From the NCBI GenBank assembly GCA_016718655.1, contig JADKCV010000001.1, positions 139,330-203,329 on the forward strand: a stretch of DNA of 64,000 nucleotides, written 5' to 3'. Below the pieces are notes generated by a model. It was not told where the DNA came from, did no database searches, and saw only the letters and a program-made list of their open reading frames with translations. Position numbers and translations under genes: made by a program. Origin of the DNA: Flavobacteriales bacterium. Its GTDB lineage: Bacteria > Bacteroidota > Bacteroidia > Flavobacteriales_F > PHOS-HE28. The stretch's first letter is position 1, and every line of letters starts with the position of its first letter. Below are positions 1 to 10,377 of the stretch, piece by piece.

Positions 1-1143
1 AAGGTCCTTGCAGCGACATCCACGACCAAGCTCGCTTGCGCACCAGGCACCAGGAACGGCGTTTCAAAATTGAAGCTGTATGTGGTCGTAAGGTCGAAGG
101 TCTCGCCCAACCATGTCCGGCCACTCTTGAGCAGGTTGACCAATTCCCGGTTGATGAACTGATGGTCCTGGAAGGTGGTCACCGTGGTTGTCGGTGGGTC
201 GGTGGACAATTCTGCCGGGGTGATCCGCACGGCGGGTTCCACATCGACCCCGATGAAATAGGAGGACGAATCAGAGTAGACATGTCTGGTGTGCGCGAAG
301 CGACCATTCTGATAGGCCCATGTATGTGGACCTGTCGCGTAGAACAAGAAATGATCCCCGGGACCGAATACGCCATCCCCTCCATCCACCATCTCAATGG
401 CATTCACCAGGAGATCGGTCGGGCGTTCGGCCTGATTGGTGAAGGGCAACAACCCGAAATGGCTACCGTATACATTGATACGATCCGACCCGAGTGAATT
501 GGGGTCCACACCGAGGCTGACCAACTGTTCATACGTCACCTTGTAGACCCCATCCTTCGGCACCACCATCCTGTACCACTCACCGTTGGCCAGTTTGGAA
601 TTCGCAGGATAGTCGCGTTCCCCTCCTCCCCTGGAGACCGCATCGCGGGACTCCACCAACCGGATCCTGTAGGAGATCAACTTCTGGATGACGCCCCGAG
701 CCGGGTCCATGCGGAATGGCACCACGTCCACAAAGGCGATCGGGCGTTTGCGATGGACCGCAACACGTGCGCGCACCTCGGGTTCCGAAGGCAGTTCCCT
801 GAGGAACGGTGAAGCTCGGACCTCCTCCGGACCCAGGTCGGCGTATACCGGGTCCACCAAGGTTGCTTGCACACCGGTCACACCGACAGCAAGGTCGAAG
901 CGTTCGGTATAGAAGGGCAGGTCTCCACGTTCAGCATCATAATGGGCACCCTCGAAGTCGACCGGACCTGGGGGAACCGCCCGGGGAATACGGACCGGTT
1001 CGTCAACGTTCTGTCCCTTGATGGGTGCGGCCACTGCTGTGGTAGCACCACCCCATTTCAGCATGCGGGTCGCAGGTTGCTGGGCGTTGACCAAGGAGGT
1101 GGTCAAGAGGAGCGCGAGGGCGGAAAGTGAACGGGTAGGAATC
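1..1143 (-). CDS. PorU-like / C25-family T9SS protein, N-terminal part (5' partial; gene continues past window start)
   Basis: Continuous minus-strand frame from ATG at 1143 to the window edge; it is missing from the ORF track because there is no stop in the window. The N-terminus MIPTRSLSALALLLTTSLVNAQ looks like a signal peptide. The motif DGVYKVTYEQLVSLGVDPNSLGSDRINVYG...DGVFGPGDHFLFYATGP resembles the N-terminal domain of PorU/C25 proteins and of the 1712-aa protein at 57540-62678. Confidence 0.5.
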
Positions 1144-1324
1144 ATGAGTCGATGAACATGTTATGAACAGATCGGACCGAAACTACTACCTTCGACCCTT
1201 GCGTTCATGGAACACCCCACCAACGGCACTGGTTCAATATTATTGCCGAGGGTCGGAGCGAACCGTATCGCGAAGTGATGCGTATACTTGGCGCTGGCTC
1301 GAAAGCCTTGAATGATCTGAGAGC

Positions 1325-2302
1325 ATGATGGAATGGACCATTAGGCGAGGGGCCGTAGGCCTGGCAGTGGCGTTGTTCGCGTGGACCGGTGCGTTCGCCC
1401 AGGACCCACAGTTCACACAGTTCTATGCGAATCCGCTGTACTTGAACCCGGCGTTCGCCGGTACCGCGCGCTGCCCAAGGGTGGTGCTCAACTACCGGAA
1501 CCAGTGGCCCGCGCTTACGGGGACCTTCGTGACCACCAGTGCCAGTTTCGACCAGCATGTGGATGGGATCATGGGTGGATTGGGCCTATTGGTCACCCAT
1601 GACCAAGCAGGTAAGGGCACGCTGAACACCACAACGGTCAGCGGTATCTACTCCTACCAGCAGGCCATTTCCAGGAAGTTCTCCATGAAAGTTGGTTTCC
1701 AGGCCACCTATTTCCAGAAATCCTTGGATTGGAGCAAACTCACCTTCGGTGACCAGATCGACCCACGGCGCGGTTTCATCTACAACACCCAGGATGTGCC
1801 TCGTGGTGGTTCAGTGGGCAACGCCGATTTCAGTGCTGGAATACTCGGCTACAGCGATGTGTTCTTCGTGGGCTTCGCTGCGCATCACCTGACACAACCG
1901 AACGAGTCCCTCATCGTAGGCACCAGCAAACTACCGATGAAACTGACAGGGCATGCGGGTGCAGCGATACCGCTCGGCATGAACGGTAAGTATGGTGAAG
2001 CGCGCACACGTATCTCTCCCAACATACTATATCAGCAACAGGCGGCGTTCCGTCAGTTGAACTTGGGTCTGTATGTCGATCATGGGCCTATCACCGCTGG
2101 TGTATGGTACCGCACACGCGATGCGTTCATCGCGTTGATCGGGTTCCAGACCGAGAAGTTCAAATTCGGATATAGCTACGATGTTACCACTTCGAAGCTC
2201 ACTACTGCCACTGCCGGCTCACACGAGATCAGCATGCAGCTGCAATTCAACTGCAAACCCAAGAAGAGGAGGTTCCGGGTCGTAGCCTGCCCCACCTTCT
2301 GA
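1325..2302 (+). CDS. T9SS membrane protein, PorP/SprF family
   Basis: N-terminal signature QDPQFTQFYANPLYLNPAFAG after a signal peptide; about 325 aa with beta-barrel-like composition; adjacent to gldJ. Confidence 0.8.
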   Translation: MMEWTIRRGAVGLAVALFAWTGAFAQDPQFTQFYANPLYLNPAFAGTARCPRVVLNYRNQWPALTGTFVTTSASFDQHVDGIMGGLGLLVTHDQAGKGTLNTTTVSGIYSYQQAISRKFSMKVGFQATYFQKSLDWSKLTFGDQIDPRRGFIYNTQDVPRGGSVGNADFSAGILGYSDVFFVGFAAHHLTQPNESLIVGTSKLPMKLTGHAGAAIPLGMNGKYGEARTRISPNILYQQQAAFRQLNLGLYVDHGPITAGVWYRTRDAFIALIGFQTEKFKFGYSYDVTTSKLTTATAGSHEISMQLQFNCKPKKRRFRVVACPTF

Positions 2303-2322
2303 ACCAGTAACCCCACAAGACC

Positions 2323-4077
2323 ATGAGCCTTGTAAGGAACATAGGGATCCTCGCCTCGGGCGCCGTGCTGCTCAGCAGCTGTCAGTTCGAGAAGAGCGGA
2401 GCCACCGGATGGAATTACAACGATTCCAAGAACGGCGGCTTCGAGAAAGCCGCTTTCGAAGACCAGGAGACCGGGCCAGGCCTTATCCTGATCGAAGGTG
2501 GGCAATTCACCATGGGTCGGGTCACCGATGACCTGCGTCATGATTGGGATAATGTACCCCGGACCGTAACGGTCTCCTCCTTCTATATGGATGAGGTGGA
2601 GGTTACCAACTTCTACTGGTTGGAATACCTCTATTGGTTGGACCGGGTCTTCGCCGCCGATTATCCGGAGATCTACAAGAAAGCCCTGCCTGACACGCTC
2701 GTATGGCGCAGCAAGCTGGCTTTCAATGAGCCCTACGTGGAGTATTACCTGCGCCATCCCGCTTATCGTGATTACCCGGTCGTGGGTGTGAACTGGTTGC
2801 AGGCGAATGATTACTGTGCTTGGCGGACCGATCGTGTGAACGAAGTGATCCTCATTCGAGAGGGCTTGTTCGAACATTATCCGAACCAGATCAACGAGGA
2901 CCACTTCACCACGGACGCCTATCTGGCCAGCCAGTATGAGAGCGGCAAGAAGGTGGATGGTGTCACCGACTTCAACCCCAACAAGGATACCCGTAACATC
3001 AAGATGGAGGACGGGATCCTGCTACCACGCTACCGATTACCCACTGAAGCGGAATGGGAATACGCGGCGTATGGTCTGGTGGGTAACACGGTTGATGAGC
3101 GTGTCGTGGAGCGTCGCATCTACCCATGGAACGGTCACTGGGTTCGCTATGACAGCCGCAAGAAAGGCGGGGCCTTCTATGGTGATTTCCGCGGCAATTT
3201 CATGCGGGGCCGTGGTGACTACATGGGTGTAGCTGGCAGCTTGAACGACAATGCCGATGTCACTGCTCCTGTTTTCAGCTACTGGCCCAATGATTTCGGC
3301 CTATACAACATGGCTGGCAACGTGAGCGAATGGGTCATGGATGTATACCGTCCCCTGAGCCCGGAGGATAAGGACGATTTCCGGCCCTTCCGAGGCAACG
3401 TGTTCAAGACCAAAGTGCTCAACAGCGATGGCGTGGTGGAGGACAAACACGATCTGGTGATCTATGATGTGGATGGCATCAAGTATTACCTCACGCAATT
3501 CCAGACGGCCATGCAAGGCCGCGCTACGGATGAGGAAGCCGCGCTCATCGACGAACTGTTGACCACCATCGAACAGGCCATCGAATTCAACAACACCCGC
3601 AAACACGATGCGGCCATGCAACGTGTCCAGGATATGATCGACAACATCAAGGGTAAGGATCTGGAAGTGTGCCCCAAGCTGCTCTCCGGCATCAGTGACT
3701 ATCAAGCTGACCAGCCCGGCGATGTTCGCGTGAGGAATGTGACGGTGGAAGAGAACATCGACCGCCGGAACTATCGTCAGTCGGACAATATCAATTTCAT
3801 CGATGGTGATGTGGAAAGCAGCATCTACTTCGAACAACCCGACTTCGAGGGCAACCCGATGTATGACTGGGGCAAGACCACCTTGGTGAACGACCGTAGT
3901 CGTGTTTACAAAGGCGCAAGCTGGGCCGATCGGATCTACTGGGCGAACCCAGGCACCCGCCGTCATCTGGATGAGCGCCAGAGCACGCCTACCATCGGCT
4001 TCCGTTGTGCCATGACCCGTGTGGGCAGCCCGAAAGGATTGGGCGATGACAAGCGTCGCGAGAAGCTCGACAAATAG
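2323..4077 (+). CDS. gldJ: gliding motility lipoprotein GldJ (FGE-sulfatase-like fold)
   Basis: Lipoprotein signal (LLSSC), TGWNYND...GGFEK N-terminus, FGE-like segment RTVTVSSFYMDEVEVTNFYWLEYLYWL, 584 aa; directly upstream of murF as in described gldJ loci. Confidence 0.8.
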   Translation: MSLVRNIGILASGAVLLSSCQFEKSGATGWNYNDSKNGGFEKAAFEDQETGPGLILIEGGQFTMGRVTDDLRHDWDNVPRTVTVSSFYMDEVEVTNFYWLEYLYWLDRVFAADYPEIYKKALPDTLVWRSKLAFNEPYVEYYLRHPAYRDYPVVGVNWLQANDYCAWRTDRVNEVILIREGLFEHYPNQINEDHFTTDAYLASQYESGKKVDGVTDFNPNKDTRNIKMEDGILLPRYRLPTEAEWEYAAYGLVGNTVDERVVERRIYPWNGHWVRYDSRKKGGAFYGDFRGNFMRGRGDYMGVAGSLNDNADVTAPVFSYWPNDFGLYNMAGNVSEWVMDVYRPLSPEDKDDFRPFRGNVFKTKVLNSDGVVEDKHDLVIYDVDGIKYYLTQFQTAMQGRATDEEAALIDELLTTIEQAIEFNNTRKHDAAMQRVQDMIDNIKGKDLEVCPKLLSGISDYQADQPGDVRVRNVTVEENIDRRNYRQSDNINFIDGDVESSIYFEQPDFEGNPMYDWGKTTLVNDRSRVYKGASWADRIYWANPGTRRHLDERQSTPTIGFRCAMTRVGSPKGLGDDKRREKLDK

Positions 4078-4102
4078 TCGTTCGATCCCCCTTCTATCTT
4101 CG

Positions 4103-4133
4103 AGCCCCCGGCCTGTCCGGGGGCTCTTTCGTT
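4103..4133 (+). terminator. rho-independent terminator-like hairpin after gldJ
   Basis: GAGCCCCCGG-cctgt-CCGGGGGCTC followed by TTTCGTT. Confidence 0.5.
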
Positions 4134-5426
4134 ATGATCACCATCGCAGCATTGCATCAGCGTTTCCAGGAATGCTCCGGAGCCTGCACGGACACCCGTT
4201 CCATCGCTCCACAGAGTCTCTTCTTCGCCCTGAAAGGCCCCCACTTCAACGCCAATGCCTTCGCCGCCGAGGCCCTGACTCAAGGCAGCCGATATGCCGT
4301 GGTGGACGACCCGGCCGTGGCGCTTGACGAGCGCTTCCTGCTGGTCCCCGATGTGCTCACCGCGATGCAGGAGCTTGCCCGGTATCACCGTCGCACATTC
4401 TCCATCCCCGTGATCGGGATCACCGGCACGAACGGCAAGACGACGACGAAGGAACTGGTGCATGCCGTGCTCAGCGCCGACCGCCCCACACTGGCCACCA
4501 ACGGAAACCTCAACAACCACATCGGAGTGCCGCTCACACTTCTACGGCTGACGGCGGAGCACCGGATCGCCATCATCGAGATGGGCGCGAACAAGGTCGG
4601 CGACATCGCCGAACTGGTGGCCATCGCCGAGCCGACACACGGGCTCATCACGAACGTGGGGCGCGCGCACCTTGAAGGTTTTGGCAGTTATGAAGGTGTG
4701 GTGAAGGCCAAGACCGAGATGTACGACTTCCTTGGTGGCCATGGCGGCACCCTATTCGTGAACTCGGACGATGAAGTGCTGATGGCCAAGAGCGAAGGCA
4801 TGACCCGTGTGACCTACGGCACCGACGAAGGCAACTACACGCAGGGCAACGCCATCGCCGACGCGGGTCCCTTCATGGAACTGGTGTTCGAGGACCACCG
4901 CTTCCATGGGCACTACCACATCAGCACCAAGCTGATCGGTAACTACAACGCCCCGAACGCGTTGGCGGCCGTGTGCCTCGGACAGTTCTTCGGGGTGGAG
5001 GAGGACACCATCGCCGGTGCCCTTACGGCCTACACACCAAGCAACAGCCGATCCGAGTTCCGCGATACCGGCCGCAACCACTTGGTATTGGACGCCTACA
5101 ACGCGAATCCCTCCAGCATGGCCGCAGCCCTCCGCAACTTCGCTGCCATGACCTCTGACCGGCCCAAGCTGGCGATCCTGGGCGACATGCTGGAATTGGG
5201 TGCTGACAGCCGGACTGAACACGATGCCATCGTTGGCCTGGTCAATGAATTGAACATTGATGCCCGCTTTGTGGGGCCTGAATTCCAGCGCAGCACCTCG
5301 GTACGATCCCATCCCAACGCCGCAGCGCTGCTCGAATTCCTGAAGAACGACCCCCTCACCGGGCACCTCGTGCTGGTGAAGGGTTCGCGGGGGATCAAAC
5401 TGGAGACGGTCGTTGGGGCGCTGTAG
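4134..5426 (+). CDS. murF: UDP-N-acetylmuramoyl-tripeptide--D-alanyl-D-alanine ligase
   Basis: Mur ligase motifs: GITGTNGKTTTKEL P-loop, DAYNANP, LVKGSRG C-terminus. Confidence 0.85.
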   Translation: MITIAALHQRFQECSGACTDTRSIAPQSLFFALKGPHFNANAFAAEALTQGSRYAVVDDPAVALDERFLLVPDVLTAMQELARYHRRTFSIPVIGITGTNGKTTTKELVHAVLSADRPTLATNGNLNNHIGVPLTLLRLTAEHRIAIIEMGANKVGDIAELVAIAEPTHGLITNVGRAHLEGFGSYEGVVKAKTEMYDFLGGHGGTLFVNSDDEVLMAKSEGMTRVTYGTDEGNYTQGNAIADAGPFMELVFEDHRFHGHYHISTKLIGNYNAPNALAAVCLGQFFGVEEDTIAGALTAYTPSNSRSEFRDTGRNHLVLDAYNANPSSMAAALRNFAAMTSDRPKLAILGDMLELGADSRTEHDAIVGLVNELNIDARFVGPEFQRSTSVRSHPNAAALLEFLKNDPLTGHLVLVKGSRGIKLETVVGAL

Positions 5427-5453
5427 GTCGTCAAAATAATTCCCTGTAGCGTC

Positions 5454-5499
5454 GACCCAGTGGGTCGACGCTACAGATGCCTTTTTGGGATGTCGGTGC
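5454..5499. terminator. bidirectional terminator between convergent murF and acyl-CoA dehydrogenase; also a REP-like palindrome
   Basis: Perfect 15-bp stem CTGTAGCGTCGACCC-agt-GGGTCGACGCTACAG followed by ATGCCTTTTT. Confidence 0.6.
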
Positions 5500-5514
5500 C
5501 TGACCGGTTGCGGA

Positions 5515-6699
5515 TCAGCCCTTGAGGACGGACCGGCTGATCACGATACGCTGCACTTCGCTGGTGCCCTCGTAGATCTGGGTGATCTTGGCGTCCCGCA
5601 TCAGGCGCTCCACGTGGTACTCCTTCACGTAGCCGTAGCCACCGTGCACCTGCACCGCTTCGGTGGTGGTGCGCATGGCCACTTCACTGGCGAAGACCTT
5701 GGCCATGGCGCTGGCCTGGTCGTAGTTCAGGTGCTGGTCCTTCAACCACGCGGCCTTCAGGCACAGCAGACGGGCCGCCTCGATCTCCGTGGCCATGTCG
5801 GCCAGCTTGAAAGCGATGGCCTGGTGGTCGCTGATGGTCTTGCCGAACGCCTTGCGCTCCTTACTGTAGGCGAGGGCCAGTTCGTAGGCACCGCTCGCGA
5901 TACCCAAGGCTTGAGAGGCGATACCGATGCGGCCACCGCTGAGGGTCTTCATGGCGAAGGTGAAACCAAAGCCATCCTCGCCGATGCGGTTCGCCTTGGG
6001 CACCTTCACGTCCTGGAACATCAGGGTGTGCGTGTCGCTGCCGCGGATACCCATCTTGTCCTCCTTGGCACCCACCACGAAGCCGGGCATTCCCTTCTCC
6101 ACGATGAGGCAGTTGATGCCCTTGTGCCCCTTGGCTGCATCGGTCTGCGCCATCACCAAGTAGGTACTGGCACTGTTCCCGTTGGTGATCCAGTTCTTGG
6201 TCCCATTGAGCAGGTAGTGATCGCCCATGTCGATGGCGGTCGTGCGCTGGCTGGTGGCATCACTGCCAGCCTCGGGCTCGCTGAGGCAGAAGGCGCCGAT
6301 CTTCTCGCCTTTTGCCAAGGGCACCAAGTACTTCTGTTTCTGCTCCTCGTTGGCAAAGGTCTCCAGACCCCAGCACACGAGCGAGTTGTTCACGCTAACC
6401 ACAACGCTGGCGCTGGCGTCCACCTTGCTCAGCTCCTCCATCACCAGCACGTAGCTGATGGTGTCCATGCCACCACCGCCGTACTTGGGGTCCACCATCA
6501 TGCCCAGAAAACCGAGCTCACCGAGCTGCTTGATCTCCTCGGCGGGGAAGCGCTGCTCGCGGTCGCGGTCGATCACGCCGGGCTTCAGCACGTTCTGGGC
6601 GAAATCACGGGCGGCATCACGGGCTGCGATCTGCTCCTCGGAGAGTTCGAAATTGAGGCCGGCGAGGGTGGTGGTATCCTGCATGGGAATTCTGTTCAA
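5515..6699 (-). CDS. acyl-CoA dehydrogenase
   Basis: Full-length ACAD fold: GAFCLSEPEAGSDA, YLLNGTKNWITNG, and C-terminal catalytic region IYEGTSEVQR. Confidence 0.9.
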   Translation of the reverse strand: MNRIPMQDTTTLAGLNFELSEEQIAARDAARDFAQNVLKPGVIDRDREQRFPAEEIKQLGELGFLGMMVDPKYGGGGMDTISYVLVMEELSKVDASASVVVSVNNSLVCWGLETFANEEQKQKYLVPLAKGEKIGAFCLSEPEAGSDATSQRTTAIDMGDHYLLNGTKNWITNGNSASTYLVMAQTDAAKGHKGINCLIVEKGMPGFVVGAKEDKMGIRGSDTHTLMFQDVKVPKANRIGEDGFGFTFAMKTLSGGRIGIASQALGIASGAYELALAYSKERKAFGKTISDHQAIAFKLADMATEIEAARLLCLKAAWLKDQHLNYDQASAMAKVFASEVAMRTTTEAVQVHGGYGYVKEYHVERLMRDAKITQIYEGTSEVQRIVISRSVLKG

Positions 6700-6731
6700 G
6701 GGAGCGCAAAAGTAGGGGGTAACTTCGCGTC

Positions 6732-7796
6732 ATGGAAGCCCCCGGAGCGGATCGGTACGAGGTCATCGGCGTGATGAGCGGAAGCTCGCTCGACGGGCTT
6801 GATGTGGCTTGGTGCGAGCTGGTCCATGACGTGGGCGACTGGAGCTTCAACATCCGGGAGGCCCTAACGGTTCCTTACGACCAGGCCTTTCAGCAGAGGC
6901 TGGTGCACGCCATGGAGGGCAGCGCGCTGGACCTGGCACGCCTGCATCGCGACCTCGGTGACCGCATCGGACAGGCCTGCCGGGACCTGATGAACGGCCG
7001 GAGCGTGGACCTGATCGCATCCCACGGCCATACCGTGTTCCATAAGCCTGAGGAAGGGCTCACCACACAGGTCGGCTGTGGCGCGCGCATTTCAGCCATT
7101 TCAGGCACCACCACGGTCTGCGACTTCCGCAGCATGGATGTGGCGCTGGGAGGGCAGGGCGCGCCGCTGGTGCCACTGGGTGAGAAGCTCCTTTTCCCCG
7201 ATCATCAGGCCTTCCTGAACATCGGCGGCATCTGTAATGTCGCGCTGCACAGTGATCGCAAGGTGACCGGCTACGATGTCTGCATCGGCAACCAGGCCTT
7301 GAATTTCCTGGCGAACGAGGCAGACCTACCCTACGATAAGGGTGGCGCAATGGCACGTACGGGCAGGATCATCCCGGAACTCCTGAACGCGCTGAACGCC
7401 CTACCCTTCCACCACCAGTCTCCGCCGCGATCATTGGGTCGCGAGTGGTTCGATGCGTGGCTGAAACCGCTGATCGCGGTGCAGGCAGATCTACCTGATC
7501 GGATGGCCACCGTTGCTGAGCACATCGCGCAGCAAGTGGCCACAGCACTAGCCTTCGCCGAGGGACCGGTGCTGGTGACCGGCGGCGGCGCCCATAACAC
7601 GTTCCTGCTGGAACGCATACGCTGCCTGAACACCACCCGTATCGAGGTACCTGATATCCGGACCGTGGACTTCAAGGAGGCCCTGGTCTTCGCATTACTG
7701 GGTGTGCTCCGGATACGCAAGGAGGTCAATGCCCTGGCCAGTGTTACCGGGGCCGTAAAGGATAGCATCGGAGGTTCAGTATACCGTATCAATTAA
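6732..7796 (+). CDS. anmK: anhydro-N-acetylmuramic acid kinase
   Basis: VIGVMSGSSLDGLDVA N-terminal motif and ASKHA-like kinase core. Confidence 0.8.
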   Translation: MEAPGADRYEVIGVMSGSSLDGLDVAWCELVHDVGDWSFNIREALTVPYDQAFQQRLVHAMEGSALDLARLHRDLGDRIGQACRDLMNGRSVDLIASHGHTVFHKPEEGLTTQVGCGARISAISGTTTVCDFRSMDVALGGQGAPLVPLGEKLLFPDHQAFLNIGGICNVALHSDRKVTGYDVCIGNQALNFLANEADLPYDKGGAMARTGRIIPELLNALNALPFHHQSPPRSLGREWFDAWLKPLIAVQADLPDRMATVAEHIAQQVATALAFAEGPVLVTGGGAHNTFLLERIRCLNTTRIEVPDIRTVDFKEALVFALLGVLRIRKEVNALASVTGAVKDSIGGSVYRIN

Positions 7797-7885
7797 CAGT
7801 AGTCCGGTGTTAATCACCGTGAACGTGTGGGGAGGTCAGCGGAACGCACCGGTTACCTTCGCCCCACTTGCAACCGGAACCTGTG

Positions 7886-9109
7886 ATGCGTGATGCCCTG
7901 CGCCGCTTTGAAGAGCGTGCCCCCGAGATCGTATTCGAATGGAACGATGCCCCTACCGGCGCCAAAGGCTGGGTGGTGATCAACAGCCTGCGTGGCGGCG
8001 CGGCCGGTGGTGGCACCCGCATGCGCAAGGGTCTTGACAAGCGCGAAGTGGAGAGCCTGGCCAAGACCATGGAAGTGAAGTTCAGCGTTTGCGGACCGGC
8101 GATCGGTGGTGCCAAGAGCGGCATCGACTTCGACCCGGCGGACCCGCGGAAGAACGCCGTACTGGACCGCTGGTACAAGGCTGTGATGCCCCTGCTGAAG
8201 ACCTACTACGGCACGGGTGGCGACTTGAACGTGGATGAACTCCATGACGTGATCCCCATCACCGAACGCTACGGTCTGCGGCACCCACAGGAAGGTGTGG
8301 TGAACGGCCACATCGGGACCGATGAGGTCGTTAAGAGCCAGGCCATCGCCCAGCTCCGCACGGGCGTGAGCAAAGTGGTGGATGACACCAACTACGTGCC
8401 CGTGGCCGGCAAATATGCCGTGGCGGACATGGTCACCGGCTGGGGCGTGGCAGAAAGCGTGCGCCACTACTACCGCGTCTACGGCGGCGACCTGAAGGGC
8501 AAACGGGTGATCATCCAGGGCTGGGGCAATGTGGCCGCAGCGGCGGGTTATTACCTGGCAAAGGAAGGTGCACGCATCGTGGGTATCATCGACCGGGTGG
8601 GTGGCATGCTCCTGCCCGAAGGCCTGAGCGCGGACCAGGTGCGCACGTTGTTCATGGACAAGACGGGCAATCAGCTACGGATGCAGGACATACTGCCCTT
8701 CGAGGAGGTGAACGCGCGCATCTGGGACATCGGTGCCGAAGTGTTCCTGCCCTGCGCCGCGAGTCGCCTGGTGACCATGGAGCAGGTGGACCGCATGGTA
8801 GCCGCTGGTCTGGAGGTGATCAGCAGCGGCGCCAACGTGCCCTTCGCCGACCCGCAGATCTTCTATGGACCCATTGCGGAGCAGGCCGATGGCAAGGTGA
8901 GCGTGATCCCGGACTTCATCGCCAACTGCGGCATGGCCCGGGTGTTCGCGTACTGCATGCAACCCGGCAATGACCTGGGGGACCAGGCCATCTTCGAGGA
9001 TGTGAGCCGGACCATCGGCACCGCACTGGAACAGACACATGACCGCCATGGCGAGCGCACGTACCTGACCCGAACAGGCTTCGAGATCGCTTTGGCAAAA
9101 CTGAACTGA
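7886..9109 (+). CDS. Glu/Leu/Phe/Val-dehydrogenase-family protein (divergent)
   Basis: GGAKSG matches the catalytic-lysine motif GGxKGG. A GWGNVAAAAGYY Rossmann motif follows. The ORF-track start at 7868 is TTG; the first ATG is at 7886. Confidence 0.55.
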   Translation: MRDALRRFEERAPEIVFEWNDAPTGAKGWVVINSLRGGAAGGGTRMRKGLDKREVESLAKTMEVKFSVCGPAIGGAKSGIDFDPADPRKNAVLDRWYKAVMPLLKTYYGTGGDLNVDELHDVIPITERYGLRHPQEGVVNGHIGTDEVVKSQAIAQLRTGVSKVVDDTNYVPVAGKYAVADMVTGWGVAESVRHYYRVYGGDLKGKRVIIQGWGNVAAAAGYYLAKEGARIVGIIDRVGGMLLPEGLSADQVRTLFMDKTGNQLRMQDILPFEEVNARIWDIGAEVFLPCAASRLVTMEQVDRMVAAGLEVISSGANVPFADPQIFYGPIAEQADGKVSVIPDFIANCGMARVFAYCMQPGNDLGDQAIFEDVSRTIGTALEQTHDRHGERTYLTRTGFEIALAKLN

Positions 9110-9159
9110 ACATACTTCAACGGGCGCTGCGCTCGTTCCATTCCAACCCGAACCATCCG

Positions 9160-9873
9160 ATGCACTTCCCGCTCTTCACCCAGATCGAACAATCGGCTCG
9201 AGAACTTCTCGAACAGCAGACTGTCGCCACACCCGAACCCGTGATGGAGACCATCTCCATCTGGCAGCTCATCGTGGATGGCGGATGGTACATCATGGGT
9301 CCAATGGGCATCATGTCGCTGATGGCTTTCTACATCATCATCGAACGGAGCCTGGCCATCCGGCGAGCATTGAAGGAGGAAAAAGACTTCATGAACAAGA
9401 TCAAGGATTACATCCACGAGGGGAAGATCGATAGTGCCCGCAACCTCTGCGCACAGACCTCCTCTCCCATCTCCCGTATGCTGGACAAGGGCATCAGCCG
9501 CATTGGAAAGCCCTTGAAGGACATCGAGGTGAGCATCGAGAACGCGGGCAAGTTGGAGATCTATCAGTTGGAGAAAGGGCTGAGCGTGTTGGCCACCATC
9601 GCTGGTGCAGCACCAATGCTTGGCTTCCTTGGAACGGTCATCGGTATGATCGTCACCTTCCACACCATGAAGATCAGTGGCGCTGGCGTGGAGATCTCCG
9701 CGTTGAGCGGCGGTATCATGCAAGCCATGGTGACCACCGTGGCAGGCCTGGTCGTGGGCATCATCGCCTATGTGGCCTACAACACTCTTGTGGCGCGGGT
9801 GACCAAGGTGATCCAGAACATGGAGGCCACCACCATCGCGTTCATGGACGTATTGGATTCACCTGCCAAATAA
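9160..9873 (+). CDS. exbB: MotA/TolQ/ExbB proton channel
   Basis: Three TM helices with GAAPMLGFLGTVIGMI signature. Confidence 0.85.
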   Translation: MHFPLFTQIEQSARELLEQQTVATPEPVMETISIWQLIVDGGWYIMGPMGIMSLMAFYIIIERSLAIRRALKEEKDFMNKIKDYIHEGKIDSARNLCAQTSSPISRMLDKGISRIGKPLKDIEVSIENAGKLEIYQLEKGLSVLATIAGAAPMLGFLGTVIGMIVTFHTMKISGAGVEISALSGGIMQAMVTTVAGLVVGIIAYVAYNTLVARVTKVIQNMEATTIAFMDVLDSPAK

Positions 9874-9879
9874 GGGACC

Positions 9880-10275
9880 ATGGGACTGAGAAGCACACAC
9901 CGGGTGGACGCGGGGTTCAACATGAGCTCCATGACCGACCTGGTCTTCCTGTTGCTCATCTTCTTCGTGATCGTGAGCACTTTGGTCAGCCCCTATGCAT
10001 TACCTGTCGACCTGCCGAAGAGCGCCAACAAGACCAAGGAAAAGCCCAAGGTCTCCGTTCGGATCGATGCGGAGGAGCACTTCAGTGTGAATAACGCCAT
10101 GATCGAACCTGCGGACCTGGAGGGTGTATTGAAGGATGAGATGAGCAAGCATGCTGGCGATCAATCCATAGTGATGCATGTGGACCAGAGCGTTCCCACG
10201 GGACTGACGGTGAGTGTGCTGGACATTGCCAAACGCAACAAGTGGAAGATCATCCTGGCCACCAAACCCGAGTAA
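9880..10275 (+). CDS. exbD: biopolymer transport protein ExbD/TolR
   Basis: Single TM (DLVFLLLIFFVIVS) plus periplasmic domain; 7 nt after exbB. Confidence 0.8.
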   Translation: MGLRSTHRVDAGFNMSSMTDLVFLLLIFFVIVSTLVSPYALPVDLPKSANKTKEKPKVSVRIDAEEHFSVNNAMIEPADLEGVLKDEMSKHAGDQSIVMHVDQSVPTGLTVSVLDIAKRNKWKIILATKPE

Positions 10276-10377
10276 GGGCGCGACATGTCGCGCCCGCCCA
10301 CGAGCGCAAGCGAGTGGGTCGCCGCACCAGCGGCACACGAGGGTGGGCCGACCCAGGACCAGAACCGGACCACGCAC

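Noticed and set aside
36-497. Plus-strand 153-aa ORF at the window start
   Set aside because: It overlaps the much longer uninterrupted minus-strand PorU-like frame (1143 to the window edge), which has a signal peptide and family motifs; the plus ORF has none.
5485-6774. 429-aa plus-strand ORF antisense to the acyl-CoA dehydrogenase
   Set aside because: Spurious antisense ORF typical of high-GC DNA. Its composition is biased toward Gly/Ala/Leu/His with no motifs, whereas the minus-strand ACAD is full length with all signatures.
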